From Eledone cirrhosa (taxonomy: Eukaryota): a DNA stretch of 64,000 nucleotides. The stretch is from assembly GCA_964016885.1 (NCBI GenBank), contig OZ024743.1, forward strand, positions 310,620,001 to 310,684,000, read 5' to 3'. Positions within the stretch are counted from its first letter, which is position 1. Every line of letters starts with the position of its first letter. The notes beneath the pieces are model-generated. The model was not told where the DNA came from and searched no databases. It saw only the letters and a list, made by a program, of their open reading frames with translations. Positions 40,191 to 51,007 of the stretch are shown here, in pieces. Position numbers and translations under genes: made by a program.

Positions 40191-41556
40191 ATATCCAGTG
40201 CTTTTATCGAGAATGACACAGCTAGAGACTTATAGAATACTTAGCTGTGTACAGGAACTGGTTTGAAAGAGCGGTTGCCGGTCCGGCAGAAATTAGAAAT
40301 TGGAATAAATGCTCTGAAATAGCGATATATATGTGAATATAGACATAGAATATTCGAAAATATTCTGTATGTTTATAATAAACATTTTGAAGACCTAATC
40401 GCTATAGAATAGAATACGTCACGTATTACAATTAGATTCTCGATAAAAGCAAGGGAAGTAATCTACGCGTTTCATTCTCGTTAGAAATCATCAGGACTAC
40501 ATATCCAGTGCTTTTATCGAGAATGACACAGCTAGAGACTTATAGAATACTTAGCTGTGTACAGGAACTGGTTTGAAAGAGCGGTTGCCGGTCCGGCAGA
40601 AATTAGAAATTGGAATAAATGCTCTGAAATAGCGATATATATGTGAATATAGACATAGAATATTCGAAAATATTCTGTATGTTTATAATAAACATTTTGA
40701 AACCTAATCGCTATAGAATAGAATACGTCACGTATTACAATTAGATTCTCGATAAAAGCAAGGGAAGTAATCTACGCGTTTCATTCTCGTTAGAAATCAT
40801 CAGGACTACATATCCAGTGCTTTTATCGAGAATGACACAGCTAGAGACTTATAGAATACTTAGCTGTGTACAGGAACTGGTTTGAAAGAGCGGTTGCCGG
40901 TCCGGCAGAAATTAGAAATTGGAATAAATGCTCTGAAATAGCGATATATATGTGAATATAGACATAGAATATTCGAAAATATTCTGTATGTTTATAATAA
41001 ACATTTTGAAGACCTAATCGCTATAGAATAGAATACGTCACGTATTACAATTAGATTCTCGATAAAAGCAAGGGAAGTAATCTACGCGTTTCATTCTCGT
41101 TAGAAATCATCAGGACTACATATCCAGTGCTTTTATCGAGAATGACACAGCTAGAGACTTATAGAATACTTAGCTGTGTACAGGAACTGGTTTGAAAGAG
41201 CGGTTGCCGGTCCGGCAGAAATTAGAAATTGGAATAAATGCTCTGAAATAGCGATATATATGTGAATATAGACATAGAATATTCGAAAATATTCTGTATG
41301 TTTATAATAAACATTTTGAAGACCTAATCGCTATAGAATAGAATACGTCACGTATTACAATTAGATTCTCGATAAAAGCAAGGGAAGTAATCTACGCGTT
41401 TCATTCTCGTTAGAAATCATCAGGACTACATATCCAGTGCTTTTATCGAGAATGACACAGCTAGAGACTTATAGAATACTTAGCTGTGTACAGGAACTGC
41501 TCTTTCAAACCAGTTCCTGTACACAGCTAAGTATTCTATAAGTCTCTAGCTGTGTC

Positions 41557-41645
41557 ATTCTCGATAAAAGCACTGGATATGTAGTCCTGATGATTTCTAA
41601 CGAGAATGAAACGCGTAGATTACTTCCCTTGCTTTTATCGAGAAT
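41557..41645 (+). ncRNA. Minimal type I hammerhead ribozyme (further plus copies at 41891, 42201, 42511, 42821)
   Basis: GTAGTC-CTGATGA-TTTCT aacg AGAAT-GAAA-CGCG-TA-GATTAC (41581-41623). Distal stem I ATTCTCGATAAAAGCA/TGCTTTTATCGAGAAT. Predicted cleavage after GUA at 41617. Confidence 0.9.
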
Positions 41646-43020
41646 CTAATTGTAATACGTGACGTATTCTATTCTATAGCGATTAGGTCTTCAAAATGTT
41701 TATTATAAACATACAGAATATTTTCGAATATTCTATGTCTATATTCACATATATATCGCTATTTCAGAGCATTTATTCCAATTTCTAATTTCTGCCGGAC
41801 CGGCAACCGCTCTTTCAAACCAGTTCCTGTACACAGCTAAGTATTCTATAAGTCTCTAGCTGTGTCATTCTCGATAAAAGCACTGGATATGTAGTCCTGA
41901 TGATTTCTAACGAGAATGAAACGCGTAGATTACTTCCCTTGCTTTTATCGAGAATCTAATTGTAATACGTGACGTATTCTATTCTATAGCGATTAGGTCT
42001 TCAAAATGTTTATTATAAACATACAGAATATTTTCGAATATTCTATGTCTATATTCACATATATATCGCTATTTCAGAGCATTTATTCCAATTTCTAATT
42101 TCTGCCGGACCGGCAACCGCTCTTTCAAACCAGTTCCTGTACACAGCTAAGTATTCTATAAGTCTCTAGCTGTGTCATTCTCGATAAAAGCACTGGATAT
42201 GTAGTCCTGATGATTTCTAACGAGAATGAAACGCGTAGATTACTTCCCTTGCTTTTATCGAGAATCTAATTGTAATACGTGACGTATTCTATTCTATAGC
42301 GATTAGGTCTTCAAAATGTTTATTATAAACATACAGAATATTTTCGAATATTCTATGTCTATATTCACATATATATCGCTATTTCAGAGCATTTATTCCA
42401 ATTTCTAATTTCTGCCGGACCGGCAACCGCTCTTTCAAACCAGTTCCTGTACACAGCTAAGTATTCTATAAGTCTCTAGCTGTGTCATTCTCGATAAAAG
42501 CACTGGATATGTAGTCCTGATGATTTCTAACGAGAATGAAACGCGTAGATTACTTCCCTTGCTTTTATCGAGAATCTAATTGTAATACGTGACGTATTCT
42601 ATTCTATAGCGATTAGGTCTTCAAAATGTTTATTATAAACATACAGAATATTTTCGAATATTCTATGTCTATATTCACATATATATCGCTATTTCAGAGC
42701 ATTTATTCCAATTTCTAATTTCTGCCGGACCGGCAACCGCTCTTTCAAACCAGTTCCTGTACACAGCTAAGTATTCTATAAGTCTCTAGCTGTGTCATTC
42801 TCGATAAAAGCACTGGATATGTAGTCCTGATGATTTCTAACGAGAATGAAACGCGTAGATTACTTCCCTTGCTTTTATCGAGAATCTAATTGTAATACGT
42901 GACGTATTCTATTCTATAGCGATTAGGTCTTCAAAATGTTTATTATAAACATACAGAATATTTTCGAATATTCTATGTCTATATTCACATATATATCGCT
43001 ATTTCAGAGCATTTATTCCA

Positions 43021-43057
<37 letters not shown>

Positions 43058-43058
<1 letters not shown>

Positions 43059-43238
43059 GTTATTCCGGGTTGAATCGGAGGTAACCACAGTAAGTAAGGT
43101 ACTCAATACATTGCAGAGTATAAAAGTTTTAATATAGATGAGATTCTACAGGACTAGAACTGTTTCATTCTTTAGAAATCATCAGGAATCAGATTCCTGA
43201 TGATTTCTAAAGAATGAAACAGTTCTAGTCCTGTAGAA

Positions 43239-43245
<7 letters not shown>
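43058..43245. mobile_element. Short fold-back element with two back-to-back HHRs (43142-43190 minus; 43192-43240 plus) in (TA)n
   Basis: GATTC-CTGATGA-TTTCT aa AGAAT-GAAA-CAG ttctagtc CTG-TA-GAATC; second family member at 61266-61462. Confidence 0.88.
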
Positions 43246-43286
<41 letters not shown>

Positions 43287-43290
<4 letters not shown>

Positions 43291-43982
43291 ATTTAATATC
43301 TAGTAACATATATATACATACAGATGCATATCAATGCTAGCAAATATATAGGTTTTGTCTTAGTAACTTTGTGGTTCAATGCATGGGGTTGCAGAACAAT
43401 AATATGAGAGACGTAAAATAAGAAAATTATAAAATTATAATTTTCTTATTTTACGTCTCTCATATTATTGTTCTGCAACCCCATGCATTGAACCACAAAG
43501 TTACTAAGACAAAACCTATATATTTGCTAGCATTGATATGCATCTGTATGTATATGTATGTTACTAGATATTAATTCTTTATAATTATCTCCAAATTATT
43601 TGTCGAGCAATATTGGCCATGACTGCTGCTATGGTAGCAGGCAGGCCGCTGTCTTATTAGCAAACCACTTTCCACTGATTGACCTCGATGTCACGTGATT
43701 GATTCTTTTTGAATTTGCCACCGACGCAGAGGCAGTGATTTTCTCAATGGCTAGGAATTCAATCCACACTTTGCTATTTTCTATCCACTGAATTATTTTT
43801 TAATAAGTTTCCAGAGTTCACGCTTTGCCTGGATACTTAGATGAGAATAGTCTTCCCTGACGACGGAATGATTCTCCGTGTTTTCTTCGGAAAATATATT
43901 TATTCCATTCCAGAAACTAATTAGTTGGAAGTGATATTTTAGTAAGTAAGTTAATTTTATAATTTTCTTATTTTACGTCTCT
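43287..43982 (+). mobile_element. 522-bp HHR unit with 26-bp terminal direct repeat and ~146-bp inverted 5' arm, in (TA)n
   Basis: TTATAATTTTCTTATTTTACGTCTCT at 43435 and 43957; 43287-43432 is the reverse complement of 43435-43580. Confidence 0.8.
43852..43931 (+). ncRNA. Type I HHR with extended stem II
   Basis: CTTCC-CTGACGA-c-GGAATG...(TTTTC ttcg GAAAA)...CATTCC-a-GAAA-CTAATTAG-TT-GGAAG. Confidence 0.8.
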
Positions 43983-43997
43983 TATATATATATATAC

Positions 43998-44106
<109 letters not shown>

Positions 44107-44117
44107 TATATATATAT

Positions 44118-44312
44118 TGAGAGAGACGAGGGTGTGTGATTACTGATAACAAGTGTTAGAAAGAAATACGACACAAGCAAGAGATGGACAATTTCCCTTC
44201 ATCAGTTGTCCACTACGGGTGACAGGTGTTTCAGCGCATCTGTGACGCGTAGTAAACAACTGCTGAAAGGAAATTGTCGATCTCTTCTTCGTGTCAACGT
44301 ACTTTCTAACAC
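44118..44312. mobile_element. Old imperfect fold-back pLTR remnant between (TA)n and (CA)n
   Basis: Arms ~44153-44229 and ~44237-44312 are diverged reverse complements; HHR 3' half GAAACACCTGTC on the minus strand at the centre. Confidence 0.55.
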
Positions 44313-44319
44313 ACACACA

Positions 44320-44376
<57 letters not shown>

Positions 44377-44412
44377 CCCCCTCCCTCTATCTCCCCCTAT
44401 CTCTCTCCCCCC

Positions 44413-44471
<59 letters not shown>

Positions 44472-44472
<1 letters not shown>

Positions 44473-45577
44473 TAGCAGAGGTACCCGGCGTTGCTCGGGT
44501 ATTAAATAGCAGTTGTGTATACCATTTATGTCAATACTTCAGTGTTACTTCGAAAACTATGCTTTTACAAAATCATCGGCTTTTTCCAAAAGAGGTTTCC
44601 TGCCCTCAGAGGTCCCCTACTCAATATGTGCCAATTCTGAGAGTTCACATTCATCTGTAGGACAAACGTAGCCCATGAGTCAAGTTTTGTGAAAATCAGT
44701 TGCGAACTCCAGAAGTTATGACGTTTTGTTGCATTGCACTGCAGTTCTTCAGTCGACTCCAAGGAAGTCGTTAAAGGGGGTTATCTGCCGGGAGGCCCTA
44801 TAATCAATATCTGGAAAAATGAAAGTGCCCATGACCATCCGGAGTACATAAGTAACCTATGTCTTAAGTTTGGTGAAAATACTGTAGAAATGCATAAGGT
44901 TTATAAACGCGCGCGCTCGTGTGTGTGTGTGTGTGTGTTTGTGTGTATTTCGGGGGGGGGGTATGTATTTGTGTGTGCGTATGTATGTGTATGTCCGTCG
45001 GGGCATACGTATGTACTGGCCTAAATCTTCACTATTTACTTTTACAATTTTAATAACCTCTGTCATTTTCGTTTTCAATTTTATTTACATCATTCTTAAA
45101 CTCAGGGACTGGAAATCATTCTGTTATGTTAAATAGAATATTAGTCTAACGACTCCATTTATACCATAAATTTGGTCTTGTCTTTGCATGAAATTGTTCT
45201 CCCGCTCCACATAACGACGTATTATCATTATCCTCGCTCATTTTTTTCGTTCATTGCCAGGGAACGTCTTCACGAACCAAAATATCGTCTTCCTGTTTTC
45301 GTTCGGCTGGAACGTTTCTCGAAATATTTACTTCTGCGTTCACAGATTACTCTCAGTTCAATTTGAATGGGAAATTACTGTTTCATCGATTTTCTCCGTA
45401 ACCATGGAAGCTTGTACTCTAAAAGTCGTCCCCACGCCTCCTCGAGTCATTCTGCATAACTGTGTAAATTTTCGCTGCATTCCACCATGCAGTTTCGACG
45501 TTTATCCGACTTCACTTACTTACTTAAATATACACTTAAATATACAACATCCGACCACTTCCTATTTATATAGTAGA
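44472..45577 (-). mobile_element. Non-autonomous Helitron
   Basis: Minus strand: A|TCTACTATATAAA 5' end; CCCGAGCAACGCCGGG hairpin then CTAG|T. Confidence 0.85.
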
Positions 45578-46215
45578 TAAGACAGTGTATAGAGAAACAT
45601 ACCACGTAGAGGTATGTGTTCAATTATAGGGGATAGAATACCACCGGAGTGAAAAAACATATTGTCTACAAAACGAATGATGAATACATATGAATTAAAA
45701 GAATAGATTAAAATGTACAAATCATCCGTTTATAACTATAACACCAGGACATGTTCTATAGTCTGTTTCACGAAAAATAAAGTGTAGATTCATAATGTGG
45801 GAAGTCTTGTCAACGGGTGGACTAACAATATAATCTATACTTCTTAAAATATATCAGATAACTAGTATAAGCACATGGTGGAAAGAGAAAACACGTGCTC
45901 TATATAGCCCATGGTGGAGTGAATGAACCAAAAGACCGCTAATAACAATATCTGAGAAGCATTGAACTTCAGAAGCTCTACTTATATATAGAAATGAATT
46001 AGGAGCCAATATATCAAATTAAAAAATGAATTTAAAGACTAACGTAATGAGCTAAAGAATAGATTTCTGGCTCTTTGTACATTTTAAACTATTCTTTTAA
46101 TTGGTATGTATTCACTATTCCGTTCGTAGACAATATGGTTTTCACTCTGGTGGTATTCTATCCCCTATCATTCAACACATAACTGTTTGTATACTTCTCT
46201 CTATATACTGTCTTA
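45578..46215. repeat. Diverged inverted repeat, ~140-bp arms (45578-45720 / 46075-46215)
   Basis: GGGGATAGAATACCACCGGAGTGAAAA versus TTTTCACTCTGGTGGTATTCTATCCCC, etc. Either an old fold-back or a MITE. Confidence 0.75.
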
Positions 46216-46368
46216 TAAAGAGCCCTGAATCTAATCATTGAGCTCATTAAACTAGAGGGGATTAATGTGAGTCATTAACACCATTTTTATGTATATATAT
46301 ATTACTTGGGATCATAAGAATGCGTATATAAAACGTTCATAAGAAGAATTAGAGGTTATTATTTTCTA

Positions 46369-46720
46369 CGGTGGATTGGCAGTATCGGTAGAGGTTCGGA
46401 CGCCATGCTTTGACGCATAGAGTTACGGCCCTTGCCATTCTGAGTTCAAATCCCGCCGAGGTTAACTTTGCCTTTCATCCTTTCGGGTTCGATAAAATAA
46501 AGTACCAGTAATGTACTGGGTACTTTCTGGCCTTGTGCCAATAGTAGAAACAATTATTTTCTACTTGTTTTGAAGTAAAGAGTTACGTCCCTTTATGATC
46601 TGAGTTCAAATCCCGCCGAGGTTAACTTTGCCTTTCATCCTTACGGGGTCGATAAAATAAAGTACCAGTAATGTACTGGGTAATTGCTGGCCTTGTGCCT
46701 AAAATAGAAACAATTATTTT
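46369..46720 (+). mobile_element. Two tandem SINE copies at the same site
   Basis: Full copy ~46369-46555 and 5'-truncated copy ~46579-46715; TATTTTCTAC occurs before, between and after them. Confidence 0.9.
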
Positions 46721-47409
46721 CTACTTGTTGCTGGTGGGTATTTCAGCTGGGCGTGGCGCATCAGTGTCAACGGAATTGGATGCCGATTGGTTGAAAGGGG
46801 TTTGTTGCATTGGCCAATGGCTATTTGTCCTGGCATCTCGTTGACATGTACTGGGTCGGTGTTGTCTATGACTGTGAAGTGATGTGAATAGATTTATAGA
46901 TAAGGAAGTGCAAATGTTCATGGCCATTCCGATAAGAGTTAACTTAATGTCTTTTCAATGGCGTCAATGCGTACTTGATGGATATAATAAGGAAATGATA
47001 GAATCTATGAGATAGGGTTTATATATGTCGGGGGGGGGGGGGGGGTTAGGTTGGTGTTTCGAACTTTAGGCTAATCGGGTCTGTAGTAGGAGAATGCATT
47101 TGCGATCTTATACCAACTGGTGAAAACACGTTCGATCTTGCTATTAAGTTGGTTATCCGCCGTAATTATGAATTATAACTCCAGATTGCATATGTTGCAA
47201 ATGTTCGTACTCCTGCATATTGATTTCCGACCGCAAATATGGTCGAAAATCAGCATGCAGGAGTTTCAACAAAAAACAATTTAACTTTATAACAAATGCT
47301 TTGAAAATCCAAAACGTAGAAAGCAGACTCTCCTAACATCAATTTGTTATACATGCTATAAATATCAAATAATCTTTATACATAAATATATATATACATA
47401 TATATATAC

Positions 47410-47499
<90 letters not shown>

Positions 47500-48260
47500 A
47501 ATTATTTTGTATTATGAAATCCAAAAATATTTTATTAAATAACAGAATAGAGCGATCGTTATACTGTAACCATCGCTTGAAATCTACATTTTCATATTAC
47601 AAACACTACTAGGATTGAACGCCTGTCTCCATCTCCGTTTGATTGTCAAAATACATATGAACATTCTCTATTAGTCTTAATTCTATCATCTCTTCTATTC
47701 TTTACCATTTAATATAAACTGCTATAGATGAAATGAGATTTCTTAATTCAATTCCCTAATGAATTTACCAGCAGGCTACCAGCATTGTTGTTATTCAGTA
47801 GCAGTGAAAATCTCCCTCTTCCTTAATTGACATTTTATATCTATTAATACTACTACACCAAACGACCAGCCCTGTCCATTGGTCAATTGGTCAAGTATAG
47901 ATTAAAATAGGCACTCCCAAAAATTCTTATTTAGATAAAATAAAACATATACTCATTGTATTCTCATTAGAAACTGTTTATATACTTGTTTACCAGTAAA
48001 TTGAATTGCCATCTATCATATACTATCCCCTCTCTTCTTCCTTTCTTACAACTAATATAAATACTTCAATTTTTCTGATTTTTTCCAATTTATCCAATAT
48101 CTCTGAAGAAGTGACAACTGATTATACATTTGCTATCGAATACTTGGTAACATTATATGATTACGCAAGCAGCGATACATAGGTATTCCGTCTGTTACAG
48201 AAACATATGTCAATACCTAATAAATTCCTTTATAAAAGCACTTTCATTTTATATTCATCT

Positions 48261-48265
<5 letters not shown>
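47500..48265 (+). mobile_element. Degraded PLE 3' end with HHR-like motif (48103-48211)
   Basis: CTGAAGA-a-GTGACA...TGTTAC-a-GAAA-CATATG-TC; weak stem I. Terminus homologous to 61570-61640 (minus); flanked by (TA)n. Confidence 0.55.
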
Positions 48266-48344
<79 letters not shown>

Positions 48345-48345
<1 letters not shown>

Positions 48346-48532
48346 CGAAGGAAATGTGGTACGGAACCAGATGGACCATAACGCACCAAAGTACTCAATA
48401 CTTAGGGTAGTAGAGTGGGTAATAAGAACGAGTAGGACCCCGACGGCTGAGCTCAAGCCGTCTCGACGGCAGATTCAGAAATGAATTAGCCGTCGAAACG
48501 GCTTGAGCTCAGCCGTCGGGGTCCTACTCGTT

Positions 48533-48535
<3 letters not shown>
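48345..48535. mobile_element. Fold-back HHR remnant in (TA)n
   Basis: Arms GAACGAGTAGGACCCCGACGGCTGAGCTCAAGCCG and its reverse complement; GAAA-CGGCT tgagctc AGCCG-TC is an HHR stem III with GUC site. Confidence 0.75.
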
Positions 48536-48611
<76 letters not shown>

Positions 48612-48920
48612 AAAAGTTCTGGTTGTACTGTCACCAAACATTTTATATTTCACTCAATTTTTTTTTATTTGCCTTAGTTTGCATATAAAGAGCATTGTCG
48701 CATATCCTATAGTTTTTCTATTTTAGATATATATGAAGGTATTTTTGGTGGTCTTTTGTTCTTGTTAATATCTCTGCTTTCACCAAGATAATGTGTCACT
48801 GTCGTTGCTATGGCATATAAAGAGGCGGTGATTTGCTAAAATGTGGGGGCTTTAACTCGTCGTAAATATTCATCCCCTATTTCGTTAAGATTTCATTCTT
48901 TGGTTTTATTTTATTTAGTA

Positions 48921-49833
48921 CTAGCAGTAAAACCCGGTGTTGCTCGGGGCTGCTCAGTAGCTCTGTTAAAGTTACAATGTTAAGTTTCTTTCTTGGCTTA
49001 AAAACTGTAGAGTCTACAGTGTAGACTTTCATGTGGTACTTTTGATTAATATTCGCTCAACCAAAAGTATGCCTTATGAAGTTAAGAAAACATAACCATA
49101 ATCCGAATGTTAAAACAAAAGAGGATGCTGGGGATAAAAACCGCACTGGTAATCTATTAACAAATCGAAAATGTAAACACTGTAATACTGGTCTCAGAGA
49201 AAGAAATCAGCGTAACCAAACTATCAGTTATTTTGAAACAAAGAAATTGGTAAAAACATGAAAAAAAAAAAAAAAAATGCGTTACCTGTCTGTCGTTTAA
49301 AATCATTGCTTCTAAATGAAAATCTCATAAGGCTTTATTCGAGATGAATGCTTTTTTTACAAAATATTTGCTTGTTTTACGGTGTATTCAAATAGGCTTG
49401 TTTTCAAGTAAAAATATTGTTTTAAAAGACTTTTTAATGGAAATGAATCAAAATGGAAGCTTAATGTTGAAATGTTGAACTCATGAATTTTGCAGGTTAA
49501 AATTTGGCCGGCCCGAAATTTGTTTGTATATGTTTGTACTTTTCCACGCGTCGTTTATACGTAACATAAATGGATAAGCAAATGACGACATAAAAGGGAA
49601 ATAACTCGTCTCTCATCTCTATTTATACATTTGAACTGAAAAATCAATACATTACAAATTCGATTTTTGCACTTGGCGTGGGTCGATTTGAAAATATTTT
49701 TGACTAACGTCTCCGCCGGCCCTTCATCTATAAGTGCAGTAATTTCACCGAAATTTGAACGTACGATTTATGAGGAGATGTGTGCCGACCGTTTCAGTAG
49801 ACAGACAGACAACCTCAGTTTTATATATATAGA
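48921..49833 (-). mobile_element. Non-autonomous Helitron
   Basis: Minus strand: A|TCTATATATATAAAA 5' end; CCCGAGCAACACCGGG hairpin then CTAG|T. Confidence 0.85.
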
Positions 49834-49944
49834 TTGTTGTTTTATTCCGTTCAGCAGGAGAAATGTTTATACATGAATTAATTTTTCCATGGATTTCGTT
49901 GAGGGAAAATTTCAGTTGTTTATACTTTTGATAATTATTATCAA

Positions 49945-50466
49945 CTAGCAGAAAAAAACACCCTTTGGGTGATTTTCTGCTAGCATGTGTAGTGTGCATA
50001 TTGATATTGTATGCACATATTTATGCATGTAAATATGATACATCAAATTGACAATATGCACAGAAATCGAAGAGAGACTGTTACACTGTCTTCTGTAAGT
50101 GAAAAATCCATGATACATTTAAAAAAGACAATATTATATATAAACAGCATTACAGTGAAATGTAATGAAAACGAAAAAGGAGATATAAACGTTATGATAT
50201 AGTATCCGTTATATCATAACCGGAATTGTTGACATTTGAACATTTTAATAGAGATGACTCTTAAAATAAGCAATCATTATATATGAGAATATTTATTTTT
50301 AATCAATAGCTACGAAATTTAGTACATACATTATGTAATATTCATTCAGCTGGCCTTGTGCCTAAAGTAGAAACAATTATTTATTTAAAATAATGCAACT
50401 TGTTTTACTAACGGATAAAAAGATATATTCAGGAGACAGTCCCGCACTCCTCCCTTTATTATATTA
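49945..50466 (-). mobile_element. Non-autonomous Helitron-like element (second copy at 55347-55803)
   Basis: CTAG end with CACCCTTTGGGTG hairpin; collinear homology to 55347-55803; 5' TC not clear. Confidence 0.65.
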
Positions 50467-50530
50467 TGGTAGTGTTTTCCACAAAAGTCGAGGCAGACTC
50501 AGATGGTACACGTGATATCAAATTTCTTAC

Positions 50531-50617
50531 CGGCATAGTCGTTTCAAGGCACCCTTCGAACTGGCTGTTAGGACGTCTAATAGCATGGCCACCTGTAGCA
50601 TGTGTTGCTGATTCCAT
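50531..50617 (-). CDS. Candidate host coding exon (MESATHATGGHAIRRPNSQFEGCLETTMP), function unknown
   Basis: Sequence unique in the window, open frame of ~71 codons ending at donor CCG|GTAAGA (50530). YY1-like AAAATGGCG ~170 nt upstream of the ATG. No homology recognised. Confidence 0.3.
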
Positions 50618-50891
50618 ATTTATACTGGGGGACTTAGAATTAATAATATTTCTCTTATTTTCACGTTCAACAAACGTCGCTTGTTGGCGTAATTGTTTGG
50701 CTATGAAGTGATTTGGCTGTGGATGTATGTCGTCCCAGTGCAGCTACATTCTATTCATATAGCCAACGGGGGGATTTTTTTCGCCATTTTATAAGAATTG
50801 AATAAAACATCATTAAGTTCGCAACTCCTATGGAAATGCGATTCATAGCTACAACTAAATAAATTGTATGTATGTATGCATACATGCATGC

Positions 50892-51007
<116 letters not shown>

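Larger units (their letters stand above)
40025..43024. mobile_element. Retrozyme-like array: ~4.8 minus + ~4.9 plus copies of a 310-bp HHR-containing unit, forming a 3-kb palindrome within (TA)n
   Basis: Minus-arm periods start at 40025, 40335, 40645, 40954, 41264. Inversion at 41499-41510. Plus-arm periods start at 41499, 41809, 42119, 42429, 42739. Only a 1-bp deletion (~40701) was noticed between copies; no ORF. Confidence 0.92.

Noticed and set aside
41400-41600. Inversion as a pure assembly artefact
   Set aside because: Not excluded. However, the arms end at different phases, flanks differ beyond the (TA)n, and many diverged small elements share the same architecture.
40025-43024. CRISPR array or plain satellite
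   Set aside because: Units are contiguous with no unique spacers, there are no cas genes and the context is eukaryotic. The HHR, inversion and (TA)n flanks argue against a simple satellite.
48800-48820. RFX X-box-like GTTGCTATGGCA
   Set aside because: Incomplete palindrome and no demonstrable promoter.
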